Source: Candidatus Zixiibacteriota bacterium
GTDB taxonomy: Bacteria > Zixibacteria > MSB-5A5 > GN15 > FEB-12
DNA length: 21,026 nt
Assembly (NCBI GenBank): GCA_041742355.1
Contig: JBGSIV010000092.1
Coordinates: 1-21,026 of the forward strand
Reading direction: 5' to 3'
This document shows positions 17,172 to 21,026 of this stretch, in pieces (the stretch's first letter is position 1; each line of letters opens with the position of its first letter). A program made the translations under genes and the position numbers. The notes beneath the pieces were generated by a model. The model made no database searches and was not told the origin of the DNA. It was given only the letters and a program-made list of their open reading frames with translations.

Positions 17172-17173
17172 AT

Positions 17174-17365
17174 ATGTATGTAGTAATTGTCCTCATGGGT
17201 GCCTCGCTCCTCGTCGCCGTCGGTTTCCTGCTCGCCTTCTGGTGGGCGGTCCGCTCCGGCCAGTACGATGACACCTACACGCCTGCGGTCCGAATGCTCT
17301 TCGATGACCCCGCGGCGAACAAGAAGAACAATACGAACGATAGCCATACTTCAAGGGAGAACTGA
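17174..17365 (+). CDS. ccoS: cbb3 oxidase maturation protein CcoS/FixS
   Basis: One TM helix followed by FWWAVRSGQYDD..TPAVRMLFDD. Confidence 0.95.
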   Translation: MYVVIVLMGASLLVAVGFLLAFWWAVRSGQYDDTYTPAVRMLFDDPAANKKNNTNDSHTSREN

Positions 17366-17368
17366 CGC

Positions 17369-19537
17369 ATGGCCGTTGAGACCTTCCAGTACGATAACCG
17401 AACGGTCCGTGATTTCGGCGTGGCCACCATTATCTGGGGCATCGTCGGCATGCTCGTCGGCGTCATCATCGCCACCCAGCTCTTCTGGCCCAGGCTGAAC
17501 CTCGGCCTTCCCTTCACTACCTTCTCGCACCTGCGCCCGCTGCACACCAACGCCGTCATCTTCGCGTTCGTCGGGAACGCCATGTTCATGGCGATCTACT
17601 ACTCCCTGCAGCGTCTCTGCAAAGCGCGCATGTGGAACGACACCCTCAGCCGCATCAACTTCTGGGGCTGGCAGATCATCATCGTCCTGGCCGCCGTCAC
17701 CCTCCCGCTGGGCATCACCACCAGCAAGGAGTACGCCGAACTCGAATGGCCCATCGACCTCCTTATCGCCGTCGTCTGGGTCATCTTCGGCGTCAACATG
17801 TTCGGCACCATCCTCAAACGCCGCGAACGACACATGTACGTGGCCGTCTGGTTCTACATCGCCACCTGGGTCACCGTGACTCTCCTCCATGTCGTCAACT
17901 CCCTCGAAATCCCCGTCTCGCTGACCAAGAGCTACCCGCTCTACGCCGGCGTGCAGGACGCCCTCGTCCAGTGGTGGTACGGCCACAACGCCGTCGCCTT
18001 CTTCCTCACCACCCCGTACCTGGGCATGATGTACTACTACCTTCCCAAAGCGGCCAACCGCCCCGTCTTCTCCTACCGCCTCTCGATTATCCACTTCTGG
18101 GCGCTCATCTTCATTTACATCTGGGCCGGCCCCCACCACCTGCTCTACTCCTCGCTCCCCGACTGGGCCCAATCCCTCGGCACCGTCTTCTCCATCATGC
18201 TCCTCGCCCCCTCCTGGGGCGGCATGCTCAATGGCCTCTTGACCCTGCGCGGCGCGTGGGACAAAGTCCGCGAAAGCGCCGTCCTCAAATTCATGGTCGT
18301 CGCCGTCACCGCCTACGGTATGGCCACCTTCGAGGGCCCGACCCTCTCCGTCAAGAGCGTCAACGCCCTCTCCCACTTCACCGACTGGACCATCGCCCAC
18401 GTCCATGTCGGCGCGCTCGGCTGGAACGGCTTCCTGACCTTCGGCATCCTCTACTGGCTGATCCCGCGCATTTTCCGCACCAACCTGTACTCCGAGAAAC
18501 TGGCCAACCTGCACTTCTGGATCGGCTTCTTCGGCATCGTCATCTATGCCCTGCCGCTCTACTTCGCCGGCATTACCCAGGGCCTCATGTGGAAGCAGTT
18601 CGGCGAGGGCGGCATCCTCAGCTACCCGAACTTCCTCGAAACCGTCGTCCAGATCATCCCCATGTACACCATTCGCATGGTCGGCGGCCTGCTCTTCCTG
18701 ATCGGCGTCCTCATCATGTTCTTCAATCTCTACAAGACCATGAAGCAGGGCTCGATGGAGGCCAACGAAGCCGCCGAGGCCCCTGCGCTCGAACCGCGCT
18801 ACGAACCCGCCGGCCACGATCGCGCCTGGCACCGATGGCTCGAACGCCGCCCGGTGCAGTTCCTCGTCCTGACCACCGTCGCCATCGCCCTCGGCGGCAT
18901 CATCGAAATGATCCCGACCTTCCTCATCCGCACCAACATCCCGACCATTGCCAGCGTCCAGCCCTACACCCCGCTGGAACTGGAAGGCCGCGACCTCTAC
19001 ATCCGCGAGGGCTGCAACAACTGCCACTCGCAACTCGTCCGCCCCTTCCGCTCCGAAACCGAACGCTACGGCGAGTACTCCAAAGCCGGCGAATACGTCT
19101 ACGACCACCCCTTCCTCTGGGGTTCCAAGCGCACCGGCCCCGATCTCCAGCGGCAGGGCGGGAAGTACCCCGATGCCTGGCAGTTCTCGCACCTGAAAGA
19201 CCCGACCTCGATGTCCCCCGGCTCGATCATGCCCCCCTACCCGTGGCTGATCACCGACCAGCTTGACCTCGATGACACCGAGGCGAAAATTCGCGCGATG
19301 CAAACGCTCGGCGTGCCATACCCCGAGGGCTACGATCAGATCTGCCTGAACGACCTGCGCCTGCAGGCCGACAAGATCGCCCGCGGACTGGCCGATGCCG
19401 GCATCGAGGTCGCTTACGACCGCGAAATCATCGCCATGATCGCTTACCTGCAGCGGCTCGGCACCGACATCAAGGTCAAACCGGCCCAGCCGACACCGCC
19501 GCCAACCACCCCGGCCGAGATCATCGCCGGAAACTAG
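17369..19537 (+). CDS. ccoN: cbb3-type cytochrome c oxidase fused subunits I/II (CcoN-CcoO)
   Basis: CcoN motifs LRPLHTNAVIFAF, KEYAELEWPID, QWWYGHNAVAF, YIWAGPHHL, TIAHVH continue in frame into CcoO motifs GRDLYIREGCNNCHSQ, WGSKRTGPDL, SIMP. AGGGAG RBS. Confidence 0.97.
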   Translation: MAVETFQYDNRTVRDFGVATIIWGIVGMLVGVIIATQLFWPRLNLGLPFTTFSHLRPLHTNAVIFAFVGNAMFMAIYYSLQRLCKARMWNDTLSRINFWGWQIIIVLAAVTLPLGITTSKEYAELEWPIDLLIAVVWVIFGVNMFGTILKRRERHMYVAVWFYIATWVTVTLLHVVNSLEIPVSLTKSYPLYAGVQDALVQWWYGHNAVAFFLTTPYLGMMYYYLPKAANRPVFSYRLSIIHFWALIFIYIWAGPHHLLYSSLPDWAQSLGTVFSIMLLAPSWGGMLNGLLTLRGAWDKVRESAVLKFMVVAVTAYGMATFEGPTLSVKSVNALSHFTDWTIAHVHVGALGWNGFLTFGILYWLIPRIFRTNLYSEKLANLHFWIGFFGIVIYALPLYFAGITQGLMWKQFGEGGILSYPNFLETVVQIIPMYTIRMVGGLLFLIGVLIMFFNLYKTMKQGSMEANEAAEAPALEPRYEPAGHDRAWHRWLERRPVQFLVLTTVAIALGGIIEMIPTFLIRTNIPTIASVQPYTPLELEGRDLYIREGCNNCHSQLVRPFRSETERYGEYSKAGEYVYDHPFLWGSKRTGPDLQRQGGKYPDAWQFSHLKDPTSMSPGSIMPPYPWLITDQLDLDDTEAKIRAMQTLGVPYPEGYDQICLNDLRLQADKIARGLADAGIEVAYDREIIAMIAYLQRLGTDIKVKPAQPTPPPTTPAEIIAGN

Positions 19538-19548
19538 GGGAGAGGACG

Positions 19549-19743
19549 ATGTTCTCCGACATACTCGGCAACACCGGCGGCGCTGTCCCGCTCACCCTCG
19601 CCGCGATGATCATCTTCATCGTCTGCTTCGCGGCCGTCGTCATCTGGGCCATGAAACTCGACAAGCACATCGTAAACGAAATGGCGCACCTGCCGCTCAA
19701 CGACGGCGCGGCGCCTGTGGAAGATAGAGGTAACCATGAGTGA
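19549..19743 (+). CDS. ccoQ: cbb3 oxidase small subunit CcoQ/FixQ-like
   Basis: 64 aa with a single TM helix and C-terminal MAHLPLND, located between ccoNO and ccoP. GAGGA RBS. Confidence 0.85.
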   Translation: MFSDILGNTGGAVPLTLAAMIIFIVCFAAVVIWAMKLDKHIVNEMAHLPLNDGAAPVEDRGNHE

Positions 19744-20404
19744 CACGCAGGATCGGCTGCTCGATCACGACTACGACGGCATCCAGGAACTGGATAACGA
19801 CCTCCCCCGCTGGTGGGTCTGGCTCTTCTACATCACCATCGTCTGGGGTGTGCTCTACATGTTCTACTACCACGTCTTCGGCATCGGCTACTCCAGCGAC
19901 GATGAGTACCGCTCCGAAGTCGACCCCAACTACGTCCGCGTTGAAAGCAAAGAGGCCCGCCTCCTCGGCGTGCTGCCCGTCTACCGCAGCCCGTGGTACG
20001 ACCCCGCCCGCGATCTTGAACGCGTTGCCGACAAACCCAAAGCGGCCGCCTATGTCGAGGAAACCCGCGAGAGCGACACCGCCACCTACGTCGCCCTCAC
20101 CGACCTCGCCGTGCTCACCGCCGGCAAAGCCACCTACGACCGCCTCTGCTTCACCTGCCACGGCAAGTTCGGCGAAGGCGGCATCGGGCCGAACCTCACC
20201 GACGACTACTGGCTCCACGGAGCGGGTATGTCCGATGTCGTCAAGACCATCAAGTACGGCGTTCCGGCCAAGGGGATGGTCCCGTGGCGCTTCGAACTTA
20301 AGCCCGATCAGATCCTCGAAGTGGCTAGCTACGTCATGACCCTCCACGGCACCAACCCGCCCAACCCGAAATCCCCGCAGGGAGAACTCGCAGCCCGGCA
20401 GTAA
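19736..20404 (+). CDS. ccoP: cbb3 oxidase subunit III CcoP/FixP (single heme c)
   Basis: HDYDGIQELDNDLPRWW N-terminal motif, TM helix, one CFTCH, GPNLTDDYWLHG, distal GMVPW. Confidence 0.93.
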   Translation: MSDTQDRLLDHDYDGIQELDNDLPRWWVWLFYITIVWGVLYMFYYHVFGIGYSSDDEYRSEVDPNYVRVESKEARLLGVLPVYRSPWYDPARDLERVADKPKAAAYVEETRESDTATYVALTDLAVLTAGKATYDRLCFTCHGKFGEGGIGPNLTDDYWLHGAGMSDVVKTIKYGVPAKGMVPWRFELKPDQILEVASYVMTLHGTNPPNPKSPQGELAARQ

Positions 20405-20408
20405 ACCT

Positions 20409-21026
20409 ATGGCCATCAAGGAGAGCCCCTCAGACTCTTTCCGCGACCAGCTCGCTACCATCGACCGCCGCGGCCGCCGCCTCTGGGTGTACCCCAACAA
20501 ACCCCACGGCATCCTCTACCGCTGGCGCACCATCGTCTCCTGGGCGCTCCTGGCCATCCTCTTCGGCACGCCGTTCGTCCGGATCGACGGCAACCCGCTG
20601 CTGCTGCTTGACATCATCAATCGCCGCTTCTTCATCTTCGGCCACATCTTCTGGCCGCAGGACTTCTTCCTCTTCGTCCTCGGCGGCATCTGGCTCGTGC
20701 TCCTGATCATCCTGTTCACCGCCGCCTTCGGACGCCTCTTCTGCGGATGGCTCTGCCCACAAACGATCTTCCTCGAAATGGTCTTCCGCAAAATCGAGTA
20801 CCTCATCGAGGGGAACGGCCCCCGCCAGCGCGAGCTTGACAAGCGACCCATGGACGCCGACAAGTTCATCCGCAAATCGACCAAGCACGTCATCTTCTTT
20901 GGGCTCTCGTTCCTGATCGGCAACCTCCTGCTGTCCTACTTCGTCGGCACCGAACGCCTCTGGCAGATTATCACCGACCCGCCCGCCGAGCATGTCACCG
21001 GCCTCGTCGCGATGGTCATCTTCTCC
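20409..21026 (+). CDS. ccoG: cbb3 oxidase accessory Fe-S protein CcoG/FixG (truncated by window end)
   Basis: Manual translation from ATG 20409 is open to the window end: MAIKESPSDSFRDQLATID..WVYP..RRFFIFGHIFWPQDF..FGRLFCGWLCPQTIFLEMVFRKIEYLIEG. Absent from the ORF track because it has no stop in the window. Confidence 0.93.
   Translation, partial: MAIKESPSDSFRDQLATIDRRGRRLWVYPNKPHGILYRWRTIVSWALLAILFGTPFVRIDGNPLLLLDIINRRFFIFGHIFWPQDFFLFVLGGIWLVLLIILFTAAFGRLFCGWLCPQTIFLEMVFRKIEYLIEGNGPRQRELDKRPMDADKFIRKSTKHVIFFGLSFLIGNLLLSYFVGTERLWQIITDPPAEHVTGLVAMVIFS

Noticed and set aside
15651..20993. Minus-strand ORFs 15651..16652, 17351..19303, 19697..20512, 20430..20993 and off-frame plus-strand 17632..19266
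   Set aside because: Shadows of the conserved cco genes.
1..21026. CRISPR array, cas genes, IS elements, tRNA or riboswitch
   Set aside because: No regularly spaced repeats, transposase or integrase motifs, or cloverleaf patterns were seen by eye. Intergenic gaps are short. A covariance-model search was not run.

Overview
GC-rich, gene-dense bacterial chromosomal window. I found no rRNA, tRNA, CRISPR array or mobile element. It has four blocks. (1) 1-2678, minus strand: an ECF sigma factor, a soluble zinc-finger (HxxxCxxC) anti-sigma-like protein, and a translationally coupled TPR protein of >506 aa that runs off the window and is missing from the ORF track. The TPR protein has the linker typical of TPR-CHAT (caspase-like) proteases. 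This is the best candidate for an undescribed system: a protease/anti-sigma/sigma switch with no cas gene in the window. (2) 2869-13499: a sigma54-type response regulator (GAFTDA variant) and a 2-TM histidine kinase, divergent from a MacAB-like operon (adaptor, ATPase, two large permeases, second ATPase). The intergenic region holds a -24/-12 promoter, two tandem enhancer-like palindromes and an IHF-like core. A probable scar of a deleted third permease lies between the two permeases. (3) 13647-14579: a cysteine synthase-family PLP enzyme with atypical active-site loops. (4) 14766-end: a cbb3 cytochrome c oxidase cluster, ccoI-ccoS-ccoNO(fused)-ccoQ-ccoP(monoheme)-ccoG(truncated). The gene order suggests an FCB-group-like organism, but this is inference only. 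All calls come from manual translation and motif recognition; no database searches were run.
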